Shown here piece after piece: positions 1 to 10,111 of a stretch of 64,000 nt of DNA (position 1 is its first letter; each line of letters opens with the position of its first letter). The DNA comes from a virus. The notes beneath the pieces were generated by a model. The model was not told where the DNA came from. It searched no databases and saw only the letters and a program-made list of their open reading frames with translations. The stretch covers positions 32,001-96,000 of IMG/VR virus record IMGVR_UViG_3300005673_000003; one strand, 5' to 3'. The position numbers and the translations under genes are program-made.

Positions 1-3000
1 TTAAGGCTACTCCCACCGAGCTTACAGCTTGGTTTGTAGAGGCCAGCATTCGAGTCTGACGCCCTGTGACCTCATGCTCTAATTTTGTCAAGGCATTAAG
101 AGCTTGATGAGTATCAGGTGGTTTTACCTCTATTTTTGAAACTGCTGGCGGGAGTAGCTTTGGAGCTTCGATTGGAGAGTTTGCTAATCGAATAATTGAT
201 TGATTATTGACTGGCTTAGCTAAAGCTGGCAGGGTTGGCTCTGAAGGTAGAGCCAGGTTAGGAGTAGGGCGAGGAGTGAGGGATGGGGAGTGGGGAGTAG
301 TAAGTAGCTGAGCAGGAGGCTGCACCGGAGCGGGAGTAGGAACGGGCTTGGCAGTAAGAACATCGGGAGCGTGAGGTACTTCTGTAGAAACTTTAGGAGC
401 TTCCAAGGTTTCTACAACGGTTGCTCTTTTGCCAAACCCAAACTTAGATTTCACGGTTTCCACTGCTTTGGCGGGAGCAGTGGAGATAGAAGAAACTAGA
501 TTTCTAAATTTCTGCTGTATCTGGTCGAGCAGGCTCATAAATCCTTTCCAGGCAGCTTCAGGAGCAGCGAGGACGGAGGCCATGAGAGCGGCGGCAGCGC
601 TGGCAGATGATTCAATGAAGTGGAATACTGCCTGTCCGGTCTTGCCGATGAATTGCAGCGATGCGGCTGGAGCTTTGAAGGTGATTGCGATCGCTCCAAA
701 GGTGCCTCTGATGATGCCTTCTAACCCCTCGAAAACACCTTGCAGTAACTGCGCTGCACCCCGGAAGACTCCGGTTAGGGCATTAGCTACTCCCTGCCCG
801 ATTCGTAAAATGCCGGAGAATGCGAGATGCGCGGCTTCCTGGATGGCACTGAAATCACCTCTGATAGCAGAACCGATGGAAGTAAAGATCTGCACTACTC
901 CCTTTGCAGTCTGCACCAGCCCTTGAATGATTTCATAAATCCCTCGGCCCAGTGATCCGATAATTTGGATCACTCCTCCCAGGACGGTACGCAAGCCCAG
1001 GAAGTTGGTAGCGATCGCCAATACTGTGAGCGCTATCCCTCCCAGGATTAAAAGCATCGGAGAAAAGGCACCCAATGACGCAATCCCGAATAACCCTACC
1101 CCGAACGATAAGCCGCTCATGGTCTTACTGATTCCGTCGAGCGCTCCTGAGAACTTAGCGCTGAATCCGGTTGCCAGCTCGAATACCCCTGATAACCGCT
1201 CCTTGAGCTTGTCGATTAGCGGCTGTACGCCTGTTTCTACCGCTTTGCCGATGGGAGTTAGTTCAGCTTGCTTAATCCCAGCATCCCAGGTTGCTTTGAC
1301 TGCCCCTACCAGTTGCGTGATAGCGGCTTGCACCAGTGGAGCATTAGCCTGAATGGATGCTGCCTGCTGAGCAATCACTTGGGTTACAACCGGGGTCACA
1401 GATTGTTCTGGAATGACTGGAGCAGGCAGTACCGGAGCAGGTAAGCCCGGAATTGTTTGCTGCAAGAATTGATTGATTTGCCCGGTTATCCCTGCCAGGT
1501 CAACGCTGGGGGCTGGGATAGGAGGCATCTCAATTTGGGGGAAGGTAAATTTGGGTGCTTCTGGTGTTCCAGTATTGATGACGGGATTACCGGGAGCAGG
1601 CACCGGAGCGGCTAATGCTGGCGCGAGAGCTGGGGTTTGCTGATTGAAAAATTGATTGATTTTATCGGTGACTCCAGAAAGATCTACTACTGGCACCATT
1701 GCCATGCCAGGGATCTTCCCAGTCAATGGCGCTTGCTCTACTACCTCTGCTAAGGGCTGAGCGACCGCAGTTTTGATCTCTCTTGCATCCTCTTTTTTGC
1801 GCAGGAAGGGAGGGATGATATTTTCAAAACTATCCTTAATGCTATTGGGCACAGCCATCAAAATATCAGTCAGCCAGCCTGCGAAAATCCTCCAAAGAGT
1901 CTTGATTGAATCGATTGCGGCATTAGCGATGCTTGGGAGGATCATGAACGGGAAAGCGATCGCCCTCCCAATCATCTGCCCAACGATTTCGCCTGATGCT
2001 GCCATTTTGGTGAAGGAGGCGATCGCCATTCCAACCGCTTCCCCAATGCCGCCAAATGCCGCTTGCATTGCTCCGGTGAATGGGGATAGAGCTACCGTTG
2101 CCACCTCGATCGCTGGCTTTAACCCCTGGTAAATTCCCTCTGCAATCCCTTTGACTAATCCCCAGACAAATCCCAAGGGAGCAACGATTGCGCTCAGTAC
2201 AGTACCCAGGACATTGATTCCAGGGGTCAGATACTCGATTGCAGCATACAGGCCCAGAATTGCTCCAATCGCTAGCGTGACCGGATTAAAGATCAGCGCC
2301 AGCGCTCCAGTAATAAATCCGGTCACGGTGGTTGCCAGCCCAGTAAAACCTCCCCCCAGAGCGACCAGGGCACCCATTAATCCCTGCTCCCCAATCGCAA
2401 CGGTAACAGTCTGGAAAAATCCAGTCAGGGGGATTAGCCCAGTTCGCATAACGGTGGAAGCGATACCAGCTTCAGCTATCGCTGCTTGCAGTCCAAAGAA
2501 AGCAGCGGCTGCAGTACCTAGAACGACTGCTAGCGAGGCGATTCCAGCGGTCAGAGTTGCAGCAATAGCGATTGAATTTTTGATTGGATCTGGGAGGCTT
2601 AGGAAAGTGCGGATCAGTTGCGAAATAGTATCTACAGTAGTTTTTATTGCAGGATTAAGAGCTTCCATGAATTGAATTTTTAAGCCCTCAATCGCAGAGG
2701 AAAGAGAGCGCATAGAGCCACCGATGCCGGATTCCATGATTCCCGCTTGACGCTTTGCCGCTCCTTCTCCCTGACTGGAAGCAAGAGCATCTCTGGTCAT
2801 GCTTCTAATATCTTTGGTATGGGAGGCCAGGTAAGTTGCAGCGCTCGAACCTTCTGTACCAAAGATAGATTTCATCTTCTGGATTTTCTCGGCTTCCGTA
2901 AGCCCTGCCATACTGCGGTTTAATTCACCGAGTACCACATCAACCGATTTCAGTTTACCTGTGTCATCTACTGTCTCTACTCCCAGCTCTGCCATCGCAC

Positions 3001-4156
3001 TCTTGGCGCGAGTAGTGGGAGCAGCAAGGGAGGTAAAAACTGTTCTTAATGCAGTACCTGCCATACTGCCTTTAATCCCTGCATTCGATAGCAGGGCAGT
3101 CATAGCAGCGGTTTGCTCCAAGGTAGCTCCGTAGCTCTGAGCAGAAACACCCGCATACTTCAGCGTTTCGCCCAAGTCTGCTACTTCAAGCTGACCCGCT
3201 CCGGCAGCGTAGGCTAACACATCCGCGACATGGTTTGCTTTCCCTGCCTGCAACTGGAATTGACCCAAAGTGGAGACGGTAATATCGGTGGCTTGAGCTA
3301 ACCCCAGATTTCCGGCAGCGGCCAGGTTTAGCGTGCCTCCGATCGCAGCCATTTGCTGATCCACCTTGTACCCAGCTTGGGCCAGTAGCACAAAACCGCT
3401 AGCAGCTTCAGAGGCAGAGAATCGAGTTTCCGCGCCCAATTGCTTTGCTTTGGTGCGGATCTTATCCATATTGTCAGCGGTTGCCTGGAGCGGATCCAGA
3501 ACCGCTTTCACTTGCAGCATCTGATCATCGAAGCTCTTGAAGACATTGAAGCTATCAATGCCAGCGCCAATCAGAGGAGCAGCAACTTGCATCCCGGTAT
3601 CAGCAATACTTTGAGCAACCCCTTGCCGACGCTGAGCAATTACGGCAGAGCGTTGATTCTCATGCAAATCAATCTTGTCGCCTGCTATCCGCTGCTCCCG
3701 CTGCAACTGCGCTCTAAATTCGCGCTCCGCTGCTGTATCCCCCTGGATTTGCAACTCCAGCCGCTTCAATTCAGCGATATACTCAGCAACCGATTGCTTA
3801 GCCTGATGGAATGCCTTAGCATCCCCAATGTCTCCAAAATCGATATTTCTAGATTCTGCTCGGAGCGCTCGGAATTCCCCCTTGAGTGGCATCAGAGCTT
3901 TCCCAACAGAAGAAAGCGCGGTTCCAGTATGAGCAATATTGTTCGCTGCCTGCTTAGCGGCAGTCCCTGCTCCCTGGAAGGCAGACTTTAGCCCAGAGCC
4001 TAGATCTGATGATTTGACAATGGTAGCAACCCGCTTTACAGCATCCTCGATATTTTTTAGGCCGCGCTCTGATTTATCCATATTGCTGAGAGCGGCTGCT
4101 CCCAACTCGAAATCGAAGACCGCTTGTAACCCATATCTATCTTGATTGTCAGCCAT
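1..4156 (-). CDS. Phage tail tape measure protein, TP901 family (3' end runs off the window)
   Basis: Absent from the ORF track because there is no stop in the window. ATG at 4156 (MADNQDRYGLQAVFDF...). The minus frame carries the TP901 core (ETRFSASEAASGFVLLAQAG...DLGETLKYAG...NAGIKGSMAGTALR), then Ala/Gly-rich helices and a Pro-rich tail. Confidence 0.93.
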   Translation of the reverse strand, partial: MADNQDRYGLQAVFDFELGAAALSNMDKSERGLKNIEDAVKRVATIVKSSDLGSGLKSAFQGAGTAAKQAANNIAHTGTALSSVGKALMPLKGEFRALRAESRNIDFGDIGDAKAFHQAKQSVAEYIAELKRLELQIQGDTAAEREFRAQLQREQRIAGDKIDLHENQRSAVIAQRRQGVAQSIADTGMQVAAPLIGAGIDSFNVFKSFDDQMLQVKAVLDPLQATADNMDKIRTKAKQLGAETRFSASEAASGFVLLAQAGYKVDQQMAAIGGTLNLAAAGNLGLAQATDITVSTLGQFQLQAGKANHVADVLAYAAGAGQLEVADLGETLKYAGVSAQSYGATLEQTAAMTALLSNAGIKGSMAGTALRTVFTSLAAPTTRAKSAMAELGVETVDDTGKLKSVDVVLGELNRSMAGLTEAEKIQKMKSIFGTEGSSAATYLASHTKDIRSMTRDALASSQGEGAAKRQAGIMESGIGGSMRSLSSAIEGLKIQFMEALNPAIKTTVDTISQLIRTFLSLPDPIKNSIAIAATLTAGIASLAVVLGTAAAAFFGLQAAIAEAGIASTVMRTGLIPLTGFFQTVTVAIGEQGLMGALVALGGGFTGLATTVTGFITGALALIFNPVTLAIGAILGLYAAIEYLTPGINVLGTVLSAIVAPLGFVWGLVKGIAEGIYQGLKPAIEVATVALSPFTGAMQAAFGGIGEAVGMAIASFTKMAASGEIVGQMIGRAIAFPFMILPSIANAAIDSIKTLWRIFAGWLTDILMAVPNSIKDSFENIIPPFLRKKEDAREIKTAVAQPLAEVVEQAPLTGKIPGMAMVPVVDLSGVTDKINQFFNQQTPALAPALAAPVPAPGNPVINTGTPEAPKFTFPQIEMPPIPAPSVDLAGITGQINQFLQQTIPGLPAPVLPAPVIPEQSVTPVVTQVIAQQAASIQANAPLVQAAITQLVGAVKATWDAGIKQAELTPIGKAVETGVQPLIDKLKERLSGVFELATGFSAKFSGALDGISKTMSGLSFGVGLFGIASLGAFSPMLLILGGIALTVLAIATNFLGLRTVLGGVIQIIGSLGRGIYEIIQGLVQTAKGVVQIFTSIGSAIRGDFSAIQEAAHLAFSGILRIGQGVANALTGVFRGAAQLLQGVFEGLEGIIRGTFGAIAITFKAPAASLQFIGKTGQAVFHFIESSASAAAALMASVLAAPEAAWKGFMSLLDQIQQKFRNLVSSISTAPAKAVETVKSKFGFGKRATVVETLEAPKVSTEVPHAPDVLTAKPVPTPAPVQPPAQLLTTPHSPSLTPRPTPNLALPSEPTLPALAKPVNNQSIIRLANSPIEAPKLLPPAVSKIEVKPPDTHQALNALTKLEHEVTGRQTRMLASTNQAVSSVGVAL

Positions 4157-4171
4157 ACTGCCCCAGCACGC

Positions 4172-4210
4172 AAAAAATAAGCACCGCAAAGAGGGTGCTC
4201 CTTGCAGTGC
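4172..4210 (-). terminator. Intrinsic terminator in the leader of the tape measure gene
   Basis: Minus strand GCACTGCAAGGAG-CACC-CTCTTTGCGGTGC (G:U pairs) followed by TTATTTTTT. A TATAAT lies upstream at 4261-4266. Confidence 0.6.
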
Positions 4211-4278
4211 TGGTTCATATCTTAATTTTGTGAGGATTGCACTCCGGCATTCCTGCTCAGATTATATCAAGAGGCTAC

Positions 4279-4533
4279 TCAGCCGCTGACTCTATCGGCG
4301 TTGCTTCTGATGCCGATAGAGTCAATCATGTATTCCTTCCCAGGTTCAAAAAAGGCGAACGCACCAGGATTTAAGAGGCCCATTCGGAGCTGACCGCTGG
4401 GGGTGTACTTAAAGAATGAATCGTTCTCATCGCTGCCGCCTGTTACAGCTTCCAGACGGACTTCTCCATGATTCGGATCGTGAGTACTATGCTCTTTACT
4501 GATACAAACAAACTTTGCTCTAACTACTGTCAT
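4279..4533 (-). CDS. Small conserved phage hypothetical protein (MTVVRAKFVC...)
   Basis: AAGGAG RBS before ATG 4533. The FFKYTPSG motif is typical of small phage proteins. Confidence 0.7.
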   Translation of the reverse strand: MTVVRAKFVCISKEHSTHDPNHGEVRLEAVTGGSDENDSFFKYTPSGQLRMGLLNPGAFAFFEPGKEYMIDSIGIRSNADRVSG

Positions 4534-4559
4534 TTTTAGCTCCTTCGATAATTGATTGA

Positions 4560-4799
4560 TTAAGCTGCTTCCAAAAGGCATTGCAGCGATCGGCCCAACT
4601 CATTCTCAGCTATCTCGAATACTTCGGCAAGCGTCCTCCCAGAACCATCCTCAGAAAGTGATTTAACCCTCTGCATGAAATCATTGAACGCGCTAACCCC
4701 TTCTGGCGGCAAGGAGTAAATGTAGTCGATAAACTCTCCTCCCAATGGGCCGCACTGCTTAATGATTTCTGCTCTTTCTAATGGTTTCATAGGTATCAC
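4560..4799 (-). CDS. Hypothetical protein
   Basis: ORF preceded by the genome-wide motif; protein-like composition. Confidence 0.55.
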   Translation of the reverse strand: MIPMKPLERAEIIKQCGPLGGEFIDYIYSLPPEGVSAFNDFMQRVKSLSEDGSGRTLAEVFEIAENELGRSLQCLLEAA

Positions 4800-4847
4800 C
4801 GATAGCGATAATTGATTGATTTCGAAAGGGGACGCGATCTGCTTTGA

Positions 4848-6689
4848 TTAGTAGCTCCACCTGCGCCTTGGGGAACCCGGCAAGCCGTTAGCTCCGGGCA
4901 CCCCGATAGCGTCCAAGTGTATGAACGAATTTGGAGAAATTGCTACTCCCCCCTCCCATGATTTCGCATAATCCGCATGAATCCGGCTCATTTTTGGGTG
5001 ATAAAAATCCACTGCGCTGCCAGTCGTATGCGGCCCGGACAGGCCAGAACTAGACACCCTAGCATTCTCTCTGGGAGGGCGATACCAGGAAGTGACTTCG
5101 ATTCCTGCACCATATTTCTGCTCGATAGCAATCAGGTTTTGAGCGGCCAGGATGATCCCTTTCATCACCGACTCTGATTCAGGCACCCTTTGCCCATTAC
5201 GGGTTGCATCACCCCATGTCCACTTCCCGCCAGGAACGATCGCATCTTTAAGGTTGACCTGGCCCCACTTCGGCACCTGGATATTTCCGGTTGGATGCGG
5301 AGAGGTTGGCGAGGTAGTCACCACCGTAGCACTTACCATCGCCTTATCATTGGGACTCCAGCCCTGTACTGTTACCGCTCCGTAGCCGCTCTGGAGCTGA
5401 TAGGGCGTTTTCTTGGTGATAGTTGGAGGCCGGATAAAAGCATTCCGGTGCTCCTGCCAAGACAGAACCAATCCGGTTGATTCCCCCTGCCCTGGCCCAA
5501 CCTGTTTGATGGTATTCCCTTCGGCAATGATCACATCGCCTTTAAGTGCAGCCTCCCTGACTGCGGCAGATAGAGCGCTTTGAGACATCGCAATCACGCC
5601 AGCATCCCCCGTTTTATTGCCCTGGGTAGCCGCAATATATTTGAGATCTGGAGTCAGAGCAGTTACCGTATCAAGTACGCCGCTTGTAGGCTGGCCCGAT
5701 TTCCCAAGGGCAGCGTCAGCCGCTTTTTTCTGCTGCTCTAATGCTTTCCCTTGGGTGGTAGAGGTATCAACCGATGATTGCGCTGTAGAAGCTTTGGGAG
5801 GGGTAATAGGGGAGGTGTTAGCATTCTGCCCTCCAGTACCAGAGCCAGCGCTGAACAGGTCAGGGGATGCGCTGCTAATTGATAGATTTCCAGTAGTGGG
5901 AGCCGCGATAGTATTCGCAGGGTTGAAAGTCTGCAAGCTGGCTCCCTGAGCTACTTTAAGGGTGCTCGGATCTGCGCTGGTGAATGAATCCTTATCAACA
6001 GGCTTTTCTCCAGTAGCAACCACGGTGGAAATGGTGGAGTTACCCAAAGTTGCCGAATTATCAACCAATTCCAGGATTACTCCATCGGGAAACTTGCGGC
6101 CCACTCGGTATAGCTTGCCTGAGAATATGGTTTGCACTTTATCGGGTGGGTATCCCAGCTCGATCGCCACATCAGAGCCGATATTAGCGTTGATCCTGCT
6201 CCAGAGCGAACCATCTAAGCTTTGCTCTGTACTTTTACTTTGAGGAGTATTCGCCTGGGTAGTGCTGGCGGCTGGCTTGCCTTCGTCAGGTTTTCCGGTT
6301 TGATTCTGCCCAGCATTATTCGGTAAAGCGGGAGGGATAGCGGCTGGCGGCTGGTTGGTAACAGCTTGAGGATTGTCAGTCGTGCGAGTCTCCCCTGATG
6401 AATCATTTAGCACCACGCATACTTCCGAGTACTGGCGCGTGCGAAGGGAGATGACTGGCTCCCCCAGAAAATCACCCCTCAAATTAGAGAATGATAGGTT
6501 GCCTACTTGGATCCGGAGTAAATAAGTATAACGCCCCTCTTCCCGGTTCTGGGAGGAAGGGCTGGCAGGTTTATTAGCTGTGGTAGCAGTCGATTTTGAT
6601 GCGGCTGCGGCTGATGATTGACTTAAACTGCTTGGCTTTACTGGTTGCGTCGTTGTTGTAGCAGGCTGAGCAGCGACCTTATCAGCCAT
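4848..6689 (-). CDS. Baseplate hub/gpD-like tail protein with C-terminal peptidase M15 domain
   Basis: IELGY...IFSGKLYRV is a gpD-like motif. The C-terminus TSWYRPPRENARV...H...AVDF...FIHLD is the Zn peptidase M15 signature. The gene lies next to the tape measure. Confidence 0.75.
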   Translation of the reverse strand: MADKVAAQPATTTTQPVKPSSLSQSSAAAASKSTATTANKPASPSSQNREEGRYTYLLRIQVGNLSFSNLRGDFLGEPVISLRTRQYSEVCVVLNDSSGETRTTDNPQAVTNQPPAAIPPALPNNAGQNQTGKPDEGKPAASTTQANTPQSKSTEQSLDGSLWSRINANIGSDVAIELGYPPDKVQTIFSGKLYRVGRKFPDGVILELVDNSATLGNSTISTVVATGEKPVDKDSFTSADPSTLKVAQGASLQTFNPANTIAAPTTGNLSISSASPDLFSAGSGTGGQNANTSPITPPKASTAQSSVDTSTTQGKALEQQKKAADAALGKSGQPTSGVLDTVTALTPDLKYIAATQGNKTGDAGVIAMSQSALSAAVREAALKGDVIIAEGNTIKQVGPGQGESTGLVLSWQEHRNAFIRPPTITKKTPYQLQSGYGAVTVQGWSPNDKAMVSATVVTTSPTSPHPTGNIQVPKWGQVNLKDAIVPGGKWTWGDATRNGQRVPESESVMKGIILAAQNLIAIEQKYGAGIEVTSWYRPPRENARVSSSGLSGPHTTGSAVDFYHPKMSRIHADYAKSWEGGVAISPNSFIHLDAIGVPGANGLPGSPRRRWSY

Positions 6690-6719
6690 ACGAGAACTTC
6701 CTAACTCTGCCAGTTCATT

Positions 6720-6884
6720 CTAACTGCCTCTTGGATCTAGATACAATGATGGAGACTTGCCTCTTTTAAGTTCATCCAGCCTGACCAGTTCAGCCATGAG
6801 TATATCTATCTGGCCAGGAGAAAGGGTTTCAAATACTTGCTTGGCAAGGCTGACAGGATTAACTGGCTGAGTTGATTTCGTCAT
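6720..6884 (-). CDS. Small hypothetical protein (54 aa)
   Basis: Read by hand: MTKSTQPVNPVSLAKQVFETLSPGQIDILMAELVRLDELKRGKSPSLYLDPRGS*. Confidence 0.45.
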   Translation of the reverse strand: MTKSTQPVNPVSLAKQVFETLSPGQIDILMAELVRLDELKRGKSPSLYLDPRGS

Positions 6885-6925
6885 CGGATTGGATCTCTAT
6901 GCTAAAAATCAGGAAAAATTAACCG

Positions 6926-7402
6926 ATGGCACTTGACAATAAAGAAGGCGATACCACTGATTTTAATCGAATATTCCGAGAATCGTTCATCTCAGAGGAT
7001 TTACGGTTAAAGATACAAGAATTAGATCCCATTTTACGGGACGCATTCCTGGAGATGGAAAATCAATTGATTTTGTTCTGCGACCGTATCGAAACGCTTG
7101 AATGCGTGACAGATCAGCATCTCAAAGAGGAGCGGGAGCAAACCGAGATTGACATGGAGCGAGTGAGCAAGCGGATTGGCCGGAAAGCGTTAGCCTACAG
7201 CAAACAAGTAGCAGCATTAGCGCTCTCCTTATTTGGTGCAGCGATTTTATGGGGGAATCTTACCGAGGATCAAAAACAGAAGGTTGCAGGCAGCTTCTAC
7301 GAACAAGCCATTGGACAGATAGCCCCTGCCGCCTTCGCGACGATCGCGGGTGCTCTCCTGGTCAATAGCCGAAAAGCCGCAAAGGAGTCGAAGGATGAAT
7401 GA
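6926..7402 (+). CDS. Membrane protein (coiled coil plus 2 TM), possibly holin-like
   Basis: Two hydrophobic segments and a charged C-terminus. The holin call is inference only. Confidence 0.55.
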   Translation: MALDNKEGDTTDFNRIFRESFISEDLRLKIQELDPILRDAFLEMENQLILFCDRIETLECVTDQHLKEEREQTEIDMERVSKRIGRKALAYSKQVAALALSLFGAAILWGNLTEDQKQKVAGSFYEQAIGQIAPAAFATIAGALLVNSRKAAKESKDE

Positions 7403-8153
7403 GCTACTTCTCTGGCTCAGGGATTTAGTTAATTGGTTGCGTGAAGCAGTGGGGGGAGGAGTCTCTAGCACCTTTCACGTTGCAGAACATCTGAAGGGGT
7501 TAGATGGTGAATGCGAGGCTTGGCTAATTGGGACAGAGGAGTATGATTGCGGCATCCCCGGAATGACTGCTTGCTGGTATATTCGCCGGAATAGTGCATC
7601 CAAAGACTTCATTCTTCTGTGCTTCAATATCGCCCAAATTAAGGAGGCTTACAAACCCGCTGGAGATGGCTACCTGCCGGATGAATGGAGACGCAAATTC
7701 GAGGTTAATGCTCGACTACATCTCAAGCTACAAAAGAATGTGGGTGGCTCCCACTTATTTATGGTGTGCTCGGTGCAGCGTGAACCAGCTACCGTTAAAT
7801 TCACAGCAAATCAAGCGATCGAGTATAAATCGATTGATTGTGAATCCTGCTTTTCTGTAGATCTCCAGGGAGCATCGGTTGCCTGGATGGGCGCAAACGG
7901 CAGCGCTATCAAAATCGTTCGAGCAGTTGCAGAGCGAGTGCTGCAAATCCCAGCGATCAACTCCAGAGGATACCTCTGGGAGCAGGTAATTCTTTCGCTG
8001 TCAGATGCGGATGCTCGGCATACATGGTTGACCTGGCTCAATTACTTTTGCCGGGAGTACCGAGCAACCCGGATTGATGCGGAACACATCTTGCAGCCGC
8101 CGATCGGCAAGGCTTACTTCCAGCGTAAGCGTGCTAAGCAGCCCAAAGAATAA
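7395..8153 (+). CDS. Hypothetical protein
   Basis: Start MNELLLW overlaps the upstream stop and is preceded by an AGGAG RBS. Confidence 0.65.
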   Translation: MNELLLWLRDLVNWLREAVGGGVSSTFHVAEHLKGLDGECEAWLIGTEEYDCGIPGMTACWYIRRNSASKDFILLCFNIAQIKEAYKPAGDGYLPDEWRRKFEVNARLHLKLQKNVGGSHLFMVCSVQREPATVKFTANQAIEYKSIDCESCFSVDLQGASVAWMGANGSAIKIVRAVAERVLQIPAINSRGYLWEQVILSLSDADARHTWLTWLNYFCREYRATRIDAEHILQPPIGKAYFQRKRAKQPKE

Positions 8154-8594
8154 TCAATCAATTTCTAGCTCTAGCTTGGGTTCAACTCTTGCGAATCTGG
8201 GATTACCGTCGCGGTTAATGCCATACCAGGATTCTAAACTGCGTCGTCGATACGCTCCGGTCGGCATATCATCCGAGCGGTAAAGCACTTCCCAATCATC
8301 ATCAGAATCGCTCTCGCAATGGGAAACCCTGCCAACTACAATGTAGACTTTCTTCCTTCTATCATTGAGCCAACGGGAGCCGATTGCAGGGAATTCTAGA
8401 TTATCTTTCATGATTAAAAAAATAGGCTGCATGTTGCGTTGCAGCCGGAAACGATCTTGTTGCGTAGTCTTATAAGCCTGATTATATCGCAAACCAAAGG
8501 CTCCAGAAATAATCCCCCATTCTGGAGCCTTTGGAACCCGTGTTGACGAGGTATTGCCCAAATACAGTTTATGGAATGCTCTAAATATCGTCAA
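8154..8594 (-). CDS. DUF1653-like protein (true start probably near 8411)
   Basis: YIVVGRVSHCE...VLYRS...YRRRSLESW pattern. Confidence 0.5.
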   Translation of the reverse strand: MTIFRAFHKLYLGNTSSTRVPKAPEWGIISGAFGLRYNQAYKTTQQDRFRLQRNMQPIFLIMKDNLEFPAIGSRWLNDRRKKVYIVVGRVSHCESDSDDDWEVLYRSDDMPTGAYRRRSLESWYGINRDGNPRFARVEPKLELEID

Positions 8595-8854
8595 GAGCCT
8601 GGATTAGAGTTGTTTCCGTAAACACTGTCAAACCCAGCTTGCCTTGCCGCTGCACATCCCCCCAGATACTTATTGTAAGTGCCAGCAGTATTGGTGCCCC
8701 ACATCGCATCACGAACAGCTAGGGTTCTTAAATAATTGGTTTGGCGATATTGTTGAACGATTTCGCCTGCTAGTTCTCGCCTTGCTCGCTGAACTTGCTG
8801 TAGCTGATCTCCGTACTCTTCGATAATTATTCTTTCTAGGTCGTTTTCTAACAT
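8591..8854 (-). CDS. Hypothetical protein
   Basis: GGAG RBS and a helical-looking sequence; overlaps the tail of the HNH ORF. Confidence 0.55.
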   Translation of the reverse strand: MLENDLERIIIEEYGDQLQQVQRARRELAGEIVQQYRQTNYLRTLAVRDAMWGTNTAGTYNKYLGGCAAARQAGFDSVYGNNSNPGS

Positions 8855-9248
8855 CTCTTTCGCTCCCGGCAGAAATCAATCGATTATTCGATAGCTGCTT
8901 AAATCCTAGCGTAAGTTTGAATATCCATACATCCGTATTATGGTTATTCAATGCTGGATCTACTTTGCAGCGAACCCAAACATCCTTCCGATGGGAACGC
9001 TTATGACAACGTAGGCAGAGCGGGAAAACATCTCTCCCTGGCACTTCGCGGCCAGCGATCGCTCCCCACTCATCCTTGTAGCGAACATGATGAATTTCTG
9101 CGCTCTTACGCTTCAGACAATTGCAGCACTTATTCCCGGTCAACCGATGACTAAACGCTACGATATACCGATAGTTTTTAGCATATCGAGCTTCATAAGC
9201 TAGATCTAAAAGAGTCGATGATAGAGTTGCTTGCGCCACATTAATCAA
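8709..9248 (-). CDS. HNH endonuclease
   Basis: CCNC...EIHHVRY...PLCLRCHKRSH. Confidence 0.8.
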   Translation of the reverse strand: MINVAQATLSSTLLDLAYEARYAKNYRYIVAFSHRLTGNKCCNCLKRKSAEIHHVRYKDEWGAIAGREVPGRDVFPLCLRCHKRSHRKDVWVRCKVDPALNNHNTDVWIFKLTLGFKQLSNNRLISAGSERDVRKRPRKNNYRRVRRSATASSASKARTSRRNRSTISPNQLFKNPSCS

Positions 9249-9463
9249 TCAATTTCTATCGAAGGCTGGCGAGGAGTATTCTCCTGGTTGGGAGCTGGAA
9301 AGTATGAGAATACAATCATCAGCAATACAGTGCTAATCAAAGCGATCGTCACGACGACATCCCAGAGATTCGGCTTCGCTTTTTTCTCCTCGACGGCTTC
9401 CCACTTAACAATGCCGTCTTTGTTGATAGTTACCTTGAATTTTTGCTCTTTTTTCTCCGTCAT
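9245..9463 (-). CDS. Single-pass membrane protein
   Basis: TM segment VVVTIALISTVLLMIVFSYF. Confidence 0.6.
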   Translation of the reverse strand: MTEKKEQKFKVTINKDGIVKWEAVEEKKAKPNLWDVVVTIALISTVLLMIVFSYFPAPNQENTPRQPSIEID

Positions 9464-9471
9464 AATTGCCC

Positions 9472-10107
9472 CTATAAACGATTCAAAATATTAGCCATTG
9501 CCTGCCATTGCCAGGGGTGTTGCTGCATAACCGGATCATTCAAAATCGTCTTAGCGCACGCTTCAGCAAATCCCTCGCCAATCTTCCAGGCTGCATAGCT
9601 GGACATCTTTTTCTCCCAATAGTAAGCTCTGCCAAACTCGCTATTAATCGGCACTCCAGAGGGGCCATGCATTTCTAAATCTAGAACGTGGCAGTACTCG
9701 TGAATAAAGTAAGTGGGAATAATTGCACTCTTAAGGGTATTCGGATAAATCCTGAGTTCGCGTTTCATGGAAATGATAGATAGATACTTCGGAGTAGGAG
9801 GGATGTAGTCATCTATCATTTCGTCTTTAGGATGCAAAACTACTTTATTGACATAGCTTTGCATCTTACGGGGGAGTAGGGAGGTAGCTTGACAGTTCGC
9901 ATCTTTGAACTGCTGGGGAAGCCTGTTATCAAACGCGATGCCGCACTGATAAGTAAAAATCGGCTCAGCATCAGGGAGCGATTGAGCGGGGAGAGAGGGA
10001 GGAGCAGGCATTGCTGATTCCAAAGGATTTTCCATGGATCGGTTAACCTCAAAAGAAGCTAGTCCAGCCAAACAAGCAATGCCTGCAATCACTCCAAACT
10101 CTTTCAT
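9472..10107 (-). CDS. Exported zinc metallopeptidase (HExxH, lethal-factor-like)
   Basis: N-terminal signal/TM; HEYCH followed by SSYA...EGFAEA. Confidence 0.7.
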   Translation of the reverse strand: MKEFGVIAGIACLAGLASFEVNRSMENPLESAMPAPPSLPAQSLPDAEPIFTYQCGIAFDNRLPQQFKDANCQATSLLPRKMQSYVNKVVLHPKDEMIDDYIPPTPKYLSIISMKRELRIYPNTLKSAIIPTYFIHEYCHVLDLEMHGPSGVPINSEFGRAYYWEKKMSSYAAWKIGEGFAEACAKTILNDPVMQQHPWQWQAMANILNRL

Positions 10108-10111
10108 GACA

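Noticed and set aside
429-4145. Series of plus-strand ORFs of 68-183 aa
   Set aside because: They are antisense shadows of the minus-strand tape measure gene, which the ORF track missed because it has no stop in the window.
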